Assembly (NCBI GenBank): GCA_963714085.1
Contig: OY970229.1
Coordinates: 64,001-128,000 of the forward strand
Direction of reading: 5' to 3'
DNA: 64,000 nucleotides
From: an uncultured Candidatus Micrarchaeota archaeon
GTDB taxonomy: Archaea; Micrarchaeota; Micrarchaeia; Anstonellales; Bilamarchaeaceae
Shown piece after piece: positions 8,842-18,640 of the stretch. Position 1 is the stretch's first letter; each line of letters begins with the position of its first letter. The notes below the pieces were generated by a model, which was not told the origin of the DNA, did not search any database, and saw nothing but the letters and a program-made list of their open reading frames with translations. Both the position numbers and the translations under genes were made by a program.

Positions 8842-10032
8842 ATGCTAGTGGTGGGAATTATGAGCAGAATGAGAATCTTTGGCCCGAATGCAAGGCAAAT
8901 CCTGGTAACATCTGTATTGGCAGCGTCCATCGCATTTTCCTGCTCCAAACCCAGGCCCGAAAGGCTTGTAGAACCAGTATTTCCCCCCACGTCAGAGGAG
9001 ATCGTTTCTTCCTTTGCCAAAGACCTCAGGAGTTCCAATGATAGGGACAGGAGCGATGCGGGCTCCAACCTGGCAAGAATGGCCGTGAACGGAGACCGTG
9101 CCGCGGTCTCTGAACTGATGAAAGCGCTTTCCGGCAATAGCCTGGACGCCAGGATGGAAGCCGTCCGTGCGTTTCGAAGCATTGCAATGGGCAAAGTGGA
9201 TATACCCCTGGCAATACCTGCTCTTGAAGGAATGCTTTCCGAGAAATATATTTTCACAGGCTCCAAGTCGTACAATTTCCCGGACGAAGCGCGCCGCACG
9301 CTGGTTGCCGCAGCTGTGCTCAGAAGCGTGCCTGCTCTCGCAAAAGAGCTTGAGCAGGGCCCCTCGGCAAGAGAGACTGCTGTTGAAGCCCTGAACGAGC
9401 GCGCCCGAAGCGGGGATGACATAAATGTTGCAGTGCCGGGACTGGTAAAATGCCTGTGCGACGAAGTTTCTACGATGGGGCGTTCGGCGACCAACGCCCT
9501 GAGACACGAGATTAGCAGGGTGGGAAGGGAGAAAGGGGCAGAAAACCAGGCAGCGCTCACCAAGTATATTTCTTCAAAAGTTGGCCCCTGCGGGCTGGAC
9601 AGCGCAATCATGATTTATATTTCAGAAGGCGGCATTTACGGGCTGGACGACGTAAGCATGATTTTCAAATCGGACGGGCAAGATGGTAAGAGTGTCGCGG
9701 CCGAAGTATTTCCGATGCTGTCCAGGCAGCTTGCATATTCTCAGCATTATACCATGCATGTGGCAGATGCGCTTAGGGGCATTGCCATGGGTGGCGGGGA
9801 CATAAGCCCAATGCTGCACAATCTGGCAGAGATGTTATTGGACAGGGACGCGCTAGTGAGATTTTCAGCTGCAAATGCATTGGAAGCTGCGGCATGCCCG
9901 AAGGAGAGCCGCAAAGCCGCGCTCGCGATCCTGAAAAAGGCGCGCCGCGATGGCGACAGGATAACGAGGCAGGAAGCGGCCGGAACGCTTAAGCACTATG
10001 AAATGGATACGAGATGGATATGCCCGGAATGA
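8842..10032 (+). CDS. HEAT-repeat-like protein with possible lipoprotein signal
   Basis: Hydrophobic N-terminus ending AFSC. Repeats such as LDARMEAVRAF, AIPALEGML, AVPGLVKCLCD, DALVRFSAANAL. Exact start uncertain. Confidence 0.7.
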   Translation: MLVVGIMSRMRIFGPNARQILVTSVLAASIAFSCSKPRPERLVEPVFPPTSEEIVSSFAKDLRSSNDRDRSDAGSNLARMAVNGDRAAVSELMKALSGNSLDARMEAVRAFRSIAMGKVDIPLAIPALEGMLSEKYIFTGSKSYNFPDEARRTLVAAAVLRSVPALAKELEQGPSARETAVEALNERARSGDDINVAVPGLVKCLCDEVSTMGRSATNALRHEISRVGREKGAENQAALTKYISSKVGPCGLDSAIMIYISEGGIYGLDDVSMIFKSDGQDGKSVAAEVFPMLSRQLAYSQHYTMHVADALRGIAMGGGDISPMLHNLAEMLLDRDALVRFSAANALEAAACPKESRKAALAILKKARRDGDRITRQEAAGTLKHYEMDTRWICPE

Positions 10033-10100
10033 TTTGTGCTCCGGGGTTTTCCGCTATTTCTTCGCGTACTTATGCGCCCGTGCTGCCCGGAATGGAGGTG

Positions 10101-10625
10101 CTACCCCCCTTCCCTGAACCTTCTCTTGTCTTTTTTTATCTGGGATCTGAGGGCGAACCTCCCGTACGGGGTCTCCTTGAACTTCGCGCCTTTCATGCTT
10201 TTCACTTTGTGGAAGATTATCCTATTGCCGTAATACGAGAGGATCGCGGCTATCTTCTTCGCCCTGAACGTCTTTTTCTTCTCATTCCTCCGGATCCTCT
10301 CCGCGAGGTCGATTCTGCCGCTTCTTTTTTCGTTGACGATATGGATCTCTTCCTTCGGCCTCCAGTCTATAGCGAAAAATTCCTCTGCGGTGGAACAGCT
10401 GAAATAGAATTTATCCGTAGCAAGAAAAAGTTCGGTCGCTTTCATGATGATGGAAAGCGGCTTATCGAGAAACCAGCCGCGCTTCTCCTCATTTGCCGGC
10501 ACATAGTATATCCCCTTGAACGGAGTCGGGAACAGTTTGAGCGACGCGCTCATATTGAATATTTCCCTGTCGCTAAGTCCTTCCTTGAGGAGTTGAGCGT
10601 AGCTAATCGCCTGCCTTGGAAACAT
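10101..10625 (-). CDS. Putative AbiEi-like antitoxin / DNA-binding partner
   Basis: Basic protein with FKGIYYVP and YFSCSTAEEF resembling AbiEi segments. Overlaps the end of the AbiEii gene. Confidence 0.55.
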   Translation of the reverse strand: MFPRQAISYAQLLKEGLSDREIFNMSASLKLFPTPFKGIYYVPANEEKRGWFLDKPLSIIMKATELFLATDKFYFSCSTAEEFFAIDWRPKEEIHIVNEKRSGRIDLAERIRRNEKKKTFRAKKIAAILSYYGNRIIFHKVKSMKGAKFKETPYGRFALRSQIKKDKRRFREGG

Positions 10626-11205
10626 TTTTCACTACCTCTTCGTATGCTTCATAGCTATCGGTGTCGATTACCAGTTTTTCCAATTCTTCTTCATTGACCG
10701 GGGGTCCGGTTTCCTTCACCAGGGTTTTTATCGCGTCAAAATCCAGATTCTTGTTTTTTAGTATGCAGAAGATATCGTACAAATCCCGTGCTTCCTTCCG
10801 GTTTTTATAAGCGAGAAATTTTAGCTCGAGGATATCCTCCAAAGAAGCTACAAGCAGAGTATTTATCCCGAAACTGAATTTTTCGATTTTTGTTATCTTG
10901 TACTGAGAAGTAAAGATTTCTATCTTGATGCTGGTGTCCTCGAAATGGATTACAAATTGATTCCAATGGGCCGCAGGGGCTGTCCGATAACCGTGTTTCG
11001 TGAGGCAGCCCTTCAGCATCTCTTTGAGCTTGACTTCATCGCCACTGACAGGTATGAAATCCAAATCAACACTTAGCCTATGTTTAAGGTAAAACAGAGC
11101 AAGAGCAGTGCCACCAACGAGAATAAGCTTGCCATCCGCGCATTTGGCTACATGGTGGAGTATTTCGACCACTCGTTTATATTTCCTATTTGCACGCTCA
11201 TCCAT
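10603..11205 (-). CDS. AbiEii/AbiGii-family nucleotidyltransferase (type IV TA toxin-like)
   Basis: GGTALAL...HRLSVDLDF and K...RKEARDLYD. Start at ATG 11205. Confidence 0.88.
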   Translation of the reverse strand: MDERANRKYKRVVEILHHVAKCADGKLILVGGTALALFYLKHRLSVDLDFIPVSGDEVKLKEMLKGCLTKHGYRTAPAAHWNQFVIHFEDTSIKIEIFTSQYKITKIEKFSFGINTLLVASLEDILELKFLAYKNRKEARDLYDIFCILKNKNLDFDAIKTLVKETGPPVNEEELEKLVIDTDSYEAYEEVVKNVSKAGD

Positions 11206-11341
11206 GCAGAAAATAGGTAGAACAGGATTTATATATGTTTGCACTAGATTAAACTTTCTTTAATGTAGCTGAAACAAAATCGACTGTAATAAAAATGCCT
11301 GAAAAGAATAACAGACTAGAAAGCCTCCATCCGTATCTTTC

Positions 11342-12187
11342 TCATTGTTCGTACGCCCGTGCTGCATGATACGAGCTGCGCACCAGGGGCCCTGAGACGA
11401 CGGACCTAAATCCGATTCCGTTCGCGATGCGCGCGTACTCGTTGAACTCGTCCGGTTCCACGTACCGCTCCACCGGAAGCTGCTTCTTGCCTGGCCGGAG
11501 GTACTGGCCCAGGGTCAGGATGTCCACTTCTGCAGCACGCAGGTCCTTCATCGCTGCGATGATCTCGTCCCGCGTCTCGCCCAGCCCGAGCATGATGGAG
11601 GACTTGGTCCTGATTTCCGGGTTTGCAGCTTTGAACGCGGCAAGTACCGCGAGCGATTTCCCATAGCCCGCCCTCGCGTCCCGTACTTTAGGTGTGAGCC
11701 GCTCCACGGTCTCTACGTTATGGCCCAGGACGTCCACGCCCGAGCTTGCGAGCCTGCGGATGGCATTTTTGTCGTTGTTGAAGTCCGGGACCAGCGCTTC
11801 GACAATGATTTTCGGATTGCTCTCCTTTATCGCCCTTATGCAGTTTGAGAAATGATCCGCCCCGTAATCCGGAAGGTCGTCGCGGTCCACGGAGGTGAGC
11901 ACAACGTAGCTGAGCCCGAGCTCCAGGACAGCGTCAGCGAGCCGCCCCGGCTCCGTGGGGTCCGGCGCGTTTGGCTTCGGATTGGTTTTGATGGCGCAGA
12001 ACCGGCAGTTCCTGGTGCACTCGCTCCCCAGCACGAGGAAGGTCGCGGTCCCGGCTGACCAGCATTCCTGGGATTTCGGGCAGTGCGCGCCCTGGCACAC
12101 CGTGTCCAGCCGGTATTTCGCGAGCGTCTCCTTCATCTTCGCGCTCGCGGGGTTGTAGCGTATCCTCAGCCATGCGGGCTTGTCCAT
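11342..12187 (-). CDS. lipA: Lipoyl synthase (radical SAM)
   Basis: CX4CX5C (CQGAHCPKSQEC), CTRNCRFC, TSVDRDDL, C-terminal RSSY. Confidence 0.96.
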   Translation of the reverse strand: MDKPAWLRIRYNPASAKMKETLAKYRLDTVCQGAHCPKSQECWSAGTATFLVLGSECTRNCRFCAIKTNPKPNAPDPTEPGRLADAVLELGLSYVVLTSVDRDDLPDYGADHFSNCIRAIKESNPKIIVEALVPDFNNDKNAIRRLASSGVDVLGHNVETVERLTPKVRDARAGYGKSLAVLAAFKAANPEIRTKSSIMLGLGETRDEIIAAMKDLRAAEVDILTLGQYLRPGKKQLPVERYVEPDEFNEYARIANGIGFRSVVSGPLVRSSYHAARAYEQ

Positions 12188-12302
12188 GTCATGGACTGGG
12201 GAGTGGGATAATTAAATCATATGGGCGTTGGGACGGGTCTTTGCTCTCGGGTGATGGATGATGTGTTTTTAAGTCGTTTGCTGCAGTATAAGCGCAGCAG
12301 AG

Positions 12303-12983
12303 ATGGGGATGCTTATGGATGCTACGGTTTCAAGACAGCCGCCGACGCAGCCAGCGAAACCTGCGGGGCCGACTATTTTCAGGCGCCTTAAGAGCGATGT
12401 CCCGCAGGACAGGGCAGATGCCGTTGCCGAACTGTGCACGGACGCGAGGGCAAAGGACAGGAAAGCCGCCAAGGAGCTTATACGGTCGGTCACTGACAAG
12501 GGAAACGAGGGAATACCAGCCATCAGGCATATCATTCAACGAGCCACAGAACCTGAGCTAGGGATAGCCGCATTGCTTGTTTTGTATACAATATGGAATT
12601 CAGAGAACCGGTTGATAACGCTCATGGGCAGAGGTCTGGGCACAAATGGATGGGAAATGATAGAGGCCCCTTATGCTGCGATTTATGCTGCAAATAAGGA
12701 AGTCGCAATGTTCGGCCTGGAAGGGCTTGTCACAGGCAGAAGCAAATGCGTGTCAGGCCAGTCTGAGGTCGGAATGTCGGACGAAGCGGAAAGGATTCTG
12801 ACAGAAATAGCGAGCAGATCGGTGCATGCCGAGGTCGCCTTGGCGGCTTTCGGCCACATGAAGCTCCATGAAAATGCCGACTGGCATTTACGCGACCTGC
12901 TTAGTTCCGTGCATCCGGAGATCCGCGAGGCCGCGCGAAGAAAACTGGGCGAGTTGACAGGAGCCGTTGAGGCAACCGGATAG
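12303..12983 (+). CDS. Hypothetical helical (HEAT-like) protein
   Basis: LKSDVPQDRADAV, SVHAEVALAA and SVHPEIREAA repeats. Confidence 0.6.
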   Translation: MGMLMDATVSRQPPTQPAKPAGPTIFRRLKSDVPQDRADAVAELCTDARAKDRKAAKELIRSVTDKGNEGIPAIRHIIQRATEPELGIAALLVLYTIWNSENRLITLMGRGLGTNGWEMIEAPYAAIYAANKEVAMFGLEGLVTGRSKCVSGQSEVGMSDEAERILTEIASRSVHAEVALAAFGHMKLHENADWHLRDLLSSVHPEIREAARRKLGELTGAVEATG

Positions 12984-13035
12984 TGGATATTTATAAGCAA
13001 TGCATCTGAAGATATCCTGTTATGGAGGTATGATT

Positions 13036-13617
13036 ATGGCGGACAAAACCATGGGCGCTGCGATGCCGATTCAGCCTAGCGGAACGCTTCCGTTCACTTT
13101 GCAGGAAGGGGAACAGATATACTCGGAGGTGAAGCCGGAGATGGGAGGGTTCATACTCTCGAGGATGTTAGGTAGCCTCATAGGCGCGGTCTTCATCCTG
13201 TTCGTCGTGCTCTTCTTCCTCTGGAGCTTCAACAACATCATACTGGACGCAGTCGCGGTAGTATTGGTGGTGGGGATAAGCCTGCTCAGCCCGTTCATAT
13301 CCTACGGCAAGTTCAAGTACTGGATAACCAACCACCGCGTGGTGGGGCAGAGGGGATTCATAGGCTTCAGCATAGAGTCCATACCCCTGGAGAACGTCAC
13401 CGACGTCACGCTGAGCCGCGGAATCGCGGACCAGCTCCTGGGCCTGTCCTCGCTCTTCATCGTGCCCATAGGGGGCGTGATGATGTACGGCAGGAGGGGC
13501 GGCATGGGCGGGGTGAACTATTTCCCGGCGCTCAAGCCGGACCAGGCGCTGCAGCTGCAGGCCCTGATCTTCAATCTCAGGGACGCCAGGAAGAGAGAGA
13601 TGAACAAGACGGCCTAG
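13036..13617 (+). CDS. Membrane protein with bacterial PH (bPH_2-like) domain
   Basis: Two TM helices, then YWITNHRVV..RGFI..SIESIPLENVTDV. GGAGGT lies 6 nt before the ATG at 13036. Confidence 0.8.
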   Translation: MADKTMGAAMPIQPSGTLPFTLQEGEQIYSEVKPEMGGFILSRMLGSLIGAVFILFVVLFFLWSFNNIILDAVAVVLVVGISLLSPFISYGKFKYWITNHRVVGQRGFIGFSIESIPLENVTDVTLSRGIADQLLGLSSLFIVPIGGVMMYGRRGGMGGVNYFPALKPDQALQLQALIFNLRDARKREMNKTA

Positions 13618-14459
13618 GCGCGTTCCATGGGCATCGTGTAAGCTATTGCGGGCTTATAAGAGTATAAGAGATCGCGGAAGGGCTGGTATTCGTTACCGAA
13701 AAACTCGATGGACGTCTGTCCGTGGGCTCTCGCTTGCCTAACCATCTCGATGTACGAAGCTGTCGCTTCCGCGGTTGCGAGCACGGGATTGTCTTCCAGC
13801 AGGACGAGCCTCGGGGCATAGGCGCCGATCACCGAGGCCGGGTCTCCCAAAGTGGACGAGACCGCGGAGAAGAATTCATTGCCCCTCCTGTATTCCTCTT
13901 TGTATGAACGATGCGAGGTTATGTCAAAGGCGGGGTGTATCCCCCTTGCGACCATGTTTCCGTAGAAGGTCGCAGCGCCTTCGGTGAGCATCAAGCCGGG
14001 TTCTGCGCTCGCCACCTTGTCAAAAGCCTTGTGCTTGGAAAGGAGCAGATGCACGAGCTCGTGCGCCAGAACATAGTCGGAAGCCGCTGCTCCAGGGGAA
14101 TAATGGTTAAGGTTGACTCCGACTACTCCGGCCGAGGGATAGAAATATCCGAACATCTTCTCTTCGTAGTTGCCGGGGCATACCAGCTTGCGTAAGGCCA
14201 TCTGCAGTTCGAAAGAGGTGATGCGGCTCAAGGCGAAGCCGTCCTGGCGCTCTGGCTTCAGTCCCAACAGAGTGGATACGGCGTGCCTGAAGTACCTGAG
14301 CTTGTGCTTCCAGGGCTTGGATTCTTCGATAGTGAGCGGTCTCCCGAGGGTGACGCCCGTGGCTTTTTCACAGAGAGGAAGCAGCTCCGCGGCGCGCTTC
14401 CTGGCGTGGGCGAGCTTTTGATGGCGCTCCCTGTATCTGGCTATGAAACCCATAGTCAT
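13614..14459 (-). CDS. Putative zinc metallopeptidase (HExxH + downstream EG)
   Basis: VLAHELVH...LTEGAATF, a gluzincin-like arrangement. Confidence 0.6.
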   Translation of the reverse strand: MTMGFIARYRERHQKLAHARKRAAELLPLCEKATGVTLGRPLTIEESKPWKHKLRYFRHAVSTLLGLKPERQDGFALSRITSFELQMALRKLVCPGNYEEKMFGYFYPSAGVVGVNLNHYSPGAAASDYVLAHELVHLLLSKHKAFDKVASAEPGLMLTEGAATFYGNMVARGIHPAFDITSHRSYKEEYRRGNEFFSAVSSTLGDPASVIGAYAPRLVLLEDNPVLATAEATASYIEMVRQARAHGQTSIEFFGNEYQPFRDLLYSYKPAIAYTMPMERA

Positions 14460-14546
14460 ATTAGCACGAAACAGTTTAAAAACCTTACTTTTCCATCCTT
14501 TGCCACTGCTAAACTATGGCAGTTTTAATCGAAAAAGAGACGCTTT

Positions 14547-15794
14547 TTACCTCTGCCAGCTCTTCTTCCTTCTCCAGCCGCCCTCCTTCGGGCCGGTGTG
14601 GGGCCTGCGCTCGCCATGGCCGTGGTGCCCTCCCTGGCCGTGCCTCTGCTCGCCGCTCCTGCGGGGCGGTCCGCCGCCCCTCGTAAGCAGGGTGTGCGGG
14701 TCCCCGCGCTTCATCCATGCGAAATCAGGGTGGTCCTCGCTGAAGCGCTCGGCGGCGCTCTCGCCCTTGTCAACGAACGTTATGGCCTTGCCTACGGAGC
14801 CCATCCTCCCGGTCCTGCCTATGCGGTGGAGGTGGGTGTCCGCGTCCTGGGCCTTGTCGTAGTTCACTATCAATCCGACGTCCTCGATGTGGAGGCCCCT
14901 CGCCGCCACGTCCGTGGCGACCAGTATCCTCACGCGGCCTTCGCGGAACCTCTGCATCACGCGCTCCCTGGCTGCCTGCGACATGTTTCCCTGTATGCTG
15001 TCGGCCTGGAAGCCGCTCTCGGCGAGCCGGTATGCGAGCTTGTCCGCGAAGAATTTGGTGGCGGTGAATATCATGACCTTCATCTGCGCGTGCTCCTTGA
15101 GTATCTCCCTGAGCCTGGGCACCTTCTCGATCCTGGCGACCTCGACGAAATGCTCGTTGATGGCCTCGGGCTTGTCCTTCTCGCCGATCTCGACTATCTC
15201 CGAGGAGCCCATGTAGTTGGATGCGACCTTGAGTATGTCCCCGTCAAGTGTGGCCGAGAGCAGTATCACGGTCCGCTCGCGCGGGACCTGGTGCATTATG
15301 CTGTCCATCTGGTCGCGGAAGCCCATGTCCAGCATGCGGTCCGCTTCGTCCAGGACGACCAGGTTGCACTCCGAGAGGTTCACGGTCCTGCGCTCCATGT
15401 GGTCGAGCAGCCTGCCCGGCGTGGCGATTATTATGTCAGCTCCGCGCCTGAGCTCGTCTATCTGGGGGTTTATGCTCACCCCTCCGTAGACCAGGCAGAG
15501 CTTTAAGCCGTAATTGGCGGCTATCCCCCGCAGCTCCTTGTGGATCTGCACCACCAGCTCCCTGGTGGGGGCGAGAACGAGCCCCTTCTTGGCCGTGCCC
15601 CTCGTTATTCGCTCGATTATGCCTACGCCGAATGCGGCGGTCTTGCCGGTTCCGGTCTTGCTCCGGACAACGACGTTTCCGCCCGCGAGTATGAGCGGGA
15701 TGACCCTTTCCTGGACCTCTGTCGCTGTCTCGTATTTCATATTCCTCAGCGCATCCACTGTCTTGGGGCTGAGGTTCATCTCATCGAATCTCAT
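14547..15794 (-). CDS. DEAD-box RNA helicase
   Basis: Q motif, TGTGKT, PTRELV, TPGR, DEAD, SAT, HRIGRTGR. Basic Gly/His-rich tail. Confidence 0.97.
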   Translation of the reverse strand: MRFDEMNLSPKTVDALRNMKYETATEVQERVIPLILAGGNVVVRSKTGTGKTAAFGVGIIERITRGTAKKGLVLAPTRELVVQIHKELRGIAANYGLKLCLVYGGVSINPQIDELRRGADIIIATPGRLLDHMERRTVNLSECNLVVLDEADRMLDMGFRDQMDSIMHQVPRERTVILLSATLDGDILKVASNYMGSSEIVEIGEKDKPEAINEHFVEVARIEKVPRLREILKEHAQMKVMIFTATKFFADKLAYRLAESGFQADSIQGNMSQAARERVMQRFREGRVRILVATDVAARGLHIEDVGLIVNYDKAQDADTHLHRIGRTGRMGSVGKAITFVDKGESAAERFSEDHPDFAWMKRGDPHTLLTRGGGPPRRSGEQRHGQGGHHGHGERRPHTGPKEGGWRRKKSWQR

Positions 15795-15946
15795 TCCTTT
15801 CACTCCTTTAAATACCAGAATAGCAAAATTGGCTTACTATTTGAACTGGCCTATTGGTACGTTGTTTCATTTAGAATATTTAAATCTTCCTGACATGCGT
15901 TATATATGCATAAATATCCACTAGCGATAACTTTATAAGCAGTTTC

Positions 15947-18571
15947 ATGCCAAATAACCTCATGGATAAAGTGAGCGCCAGCAACCTCCACGGCCTGGGG
16001 TTCGACGACCTGTCCGCAGTCATCACCTACCACCAGGACGAGTCCGTAAGGGCAGCCGCGCTCATGGCCTACGCTGAGGAGGCCGACTCGCACGAAAGGC
16101 TGGCGATCATTATGCAAACCGCCCCTGTTCCCCCTGCTTCAGTGGAAGAGGCGATGAGGGCCGCAATCAGCCGCTGGACGAAATTAGGGCATTACCGGAG
16201 CGTGTCAGAGCTGCTCCGGGCAGAAGGGCTCCCGAAGCTGGATGACGCACCGGCGCTGTGCGAGGCCGCGGTCAATGTGCGGTCGGACAGGATAGTGGCT
16301 AAAGAGCCCGAATACGACACTTACGGCGCTTTCATAGCCATACCCAGGGACCCGCTGCTCCCGGATCCGATAAGGGAAGCCCAGGGCAGGCGCATGGTCA
16401 ATATCCTCGCGGCCAGCAACGATTATGAGGAGCTCGCGGAGGTCTCGGGCATGGCCGACCTGCCGCAGGCGGTCAGGGACGCGGCTGCAGAGGAAACCGA
16501 GCCGGCCATGACCCGCGCTGTGTTCGCTGCCGGGCAGGCGACCAAGGATGCGGAGAGAACGGTCTTCGGGTTGTGCAGCCTGATAAAGAAGGACGGAACC
16601 AGCGACCAGGTGAAGCTCGTAGCGGTGACCGTCGTGGTGCGCAGGATGGAAAAGCCAAAGGACCTTGAAGCGCTGCTCGAACTCGCGGAGATCGAGAAGC
16701 TGCCTTCCGAAGCAGTGCCGAAAATCACGCAGGCACTGGGAAGGATCGCGCTGACAATCATCAGGAAAAGGATGGACGACTGGATCGCGGAACAGGGCGC
16801 TAAAGCAAAGGAAGCGAAACTTCTGGTACCGGACGGCCTCAGCAGGGACGACCCTGCTGAGAAGGAGTATTACCAGTGGAAAAGCGAGCTGTGCAGGACC
16901 ATAGCCGCGAGCAGGCATTTCCCGGAGCGTGTCAGGAACGAGGCTGGCACGGTGCTCTACGACCTCCACAGGAGGTTCGGAAAAGCCGACGATTTCGGAT
17001 ATTCCTACAATAACCCGGATAATCCTCCGGAGATGCGCAGGAGGATGGGCCTGGCAGCGCTGGAAAGGCACGATGCGGGCAAGGATTGCTATCACATCCT
17101 TGGCATGGCTTACGGAGAGGACGGCGTCCGGTCGGTGCAGGAACGGGCCAAAGAGATGATCAGCGAACGGCTCGACGAGTTCATCGCATACTGCGGAAAA
17201 ACGAAGGATTACAGGCGACTGACCGCCATGTCGAATGACGAGGCGATAAAGGGCCGCGGGAAGATAGGCCAGGACACGATAGATAACGTCATCAGGCAGG
17301 CGATCGCCGGCGCATCGCAGGAGCAGGACTGCTGCGCGCTCAGGAGGATGGAGATCGACGAAGGGCTGGACACTCATCTGAGGGCAGAGGCCGGAGCGGC
17401 GATCGGCCCTGTGCTCGACGAGCTGGTCGCAGCCCCGGACTCCCAGGATGTCAGGACGAATCTCTCGTCCATCAAGAACATCAAGATTTTCAGCGAGAGC
17501 GAGCGGGTGCGGGCAGGAAAGAGGCTGGCTGACCTCTGCGCCGCATCCGGCGACACGCGCGAGCTCGAATCTTTCGAAAACCGCGAACCGCCGGAGGAGC
17601 TCAGAGCTCATGTGGTGCAGGCGCTCGAGGCTGCGAGGCTGAATTACGTGGCCGGGCTGGACCCGGCGGATGTGATGGGTATCTACCCGGCGTATCTGGG
17701 ATTGAAAGAACTGCTCAGACGCCCGGGCCTCGGGCCGAACGTGGAATCCGCGGCCATGGGAAAGCTGGATGCCATCGCCCTGGCTGCCGCGGCGAGGTAC
17801 GCGAGCTACAAGAACCATGTTAGCCTGAAGGACATGAGGGGGTTCTCCAGGCTCTCGGCCGGTGCTAGGCGGACCGTGGAGCTGCTGCTCGTGGATACGA
17901 TAATCCCCGGCGACTGGAGCGAGCTGAGCAGCATCGCGAAGGACGCCTCGTTCCATCCGGACGCGAGGGAGGCCGCTGCCCTGAAAACGGTTGCCTACGA
18001 AGGAGCGAGTAGCAACGACGCGTTCGAGTTCGCGTGCGACGCGGAAGTTCCGCTGGCGGGAAGGGCGGCTGCGGCGAGGAAGGCGCTGGCAGATGCGGAA
18101 GCCCACGGAAGGCTCAAGGAGACCGTGCACCTGATGAACGATGCAGGCATGCCGGAAGAGGTGAGGCAGATGGCGAGGGACCTGTACCCCGCAGTGCTCG
18201 CTGCGGCTTCGGCCAAGGTCGTCCGGGACAGTTATGACGAGTGGTTCTTCGATTTCCTACGGCTCACTGAGAAAGCGCCGGACGGCGTGGAGGTGCCGCG
18301 GCTCCAAATCATGAGAAGCGCCGCCTGCGATGCGTTCATGGCTGGCAAGGAGCAGAGCAGGAACCTGGTATTCTTCATGCATGTGTGCGAGCGCGCTGAG
18401 GCGACAGGGCCCATGAAGGAAAACGCCGGAAGGGTGCTGCGCGAGGCCGGGCTCACGCTTTTCGACGCGACGGCTCCGCTGCATGACGCTGGTTTGAAGG
18501 AAAAGTACAAGCTGTTCATCAGGCGCAGGGACCAGGCGCCGGCTCCGGCGAAGAAGGCTACGGTTGGCTAG
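15947..18571 (+). CDS. Large alpha-solenoid orphan protein
   Basis: 874-aa ORF with recurring (L/F)PxxVRxxAG-type helices. The ATG at 15962 fits the TTTATAA box at ~15932 better. Confidence 0.75.
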   Translation: MPNNLMDKVSASNLHGLGFDDLSAVITYHQDESVRAAALMAYAEEADSHERLAIIMQTAPVPPASVEEAMRAAISRWTKLGHYRSVSELLRAEGLPKLDDAPALCEAAVNVRSDRIVAKEPEYDTYGAFIAIPRDPLLPDPIREAQGRRMVNILAASNDYEELAEVSGMADLPQAVRDAAAEETEPAMTRAVFAAGQATKDAERTVFGLCSLIKKDGTSDQVKLVAVTVVVRRMEKPKDLEALLELAEIEKLPSEAVPKITQALGRIALTIIRKRMDDWIAEQGAKAKEAKLLVPDGLSRDDPAEKEYYQWKSELCRTIAASRHFPERVRNEAGTVLYDLHRRFGKADDFGYSYNNPDNPPEMRRRMGLAALERHDAGKDCYHILGMAYGEDGVRSVQERAKEMISERLDEFIAYCGKTKDYRRLTAMSNDEAIKGRGKIGQDTIDNVIRQAIAGASQEQDCCALRRMEIDEGLDTHLRAEAGAAIGPVLDELVAAPDSQDVRTNLSSIKNIKIFSESERVRAGKRLADLCAASGDTRELESFENREPPEELRAHVVQALEAARLNYVAGLDPADVMGIYPAYLGLKELLRRPGLGPNVESAAMGKLDAIALAAAARYASYKNHVSLKDMRGFSRLSAGARRTVELLLVDTIIPGDWSELSSIAKDASFHPDAREAAALKTVAYEGASSNDAFEFACDAEVPLAGRAAAARKALADAEAHGRLKETVHLMNDAGMPEEVRQMARDLYPAVLAAASAKVVRDSYDEWFFDFLRLTEKAPDGVEVPRLQIMRSAACDAFMAGKEQSRNLVFFMHVCERAEATGPMKENAGRVLREAGLTLFDATAPLHDAGLKEKYKLFIRRRDQAPAPAKKATVG

Positions 18572-18640
18572 ATCCGCGCTCCGAACCTTATATATTATAA
18601 AATCCGCCCCACCTAGTGGTAGACAGGGAGGGGTGGGCAT

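Noticed and set aside
16205..18130. 641-aa antisense ORF, and similar ones (26438..28207 +, 14598..15506 +, 45360..46373 -, 62669..63823 -)
   Set aside because: Shadow frames of GC-rich genes with clear motifs on the other strand, with no recognisable features of their own.
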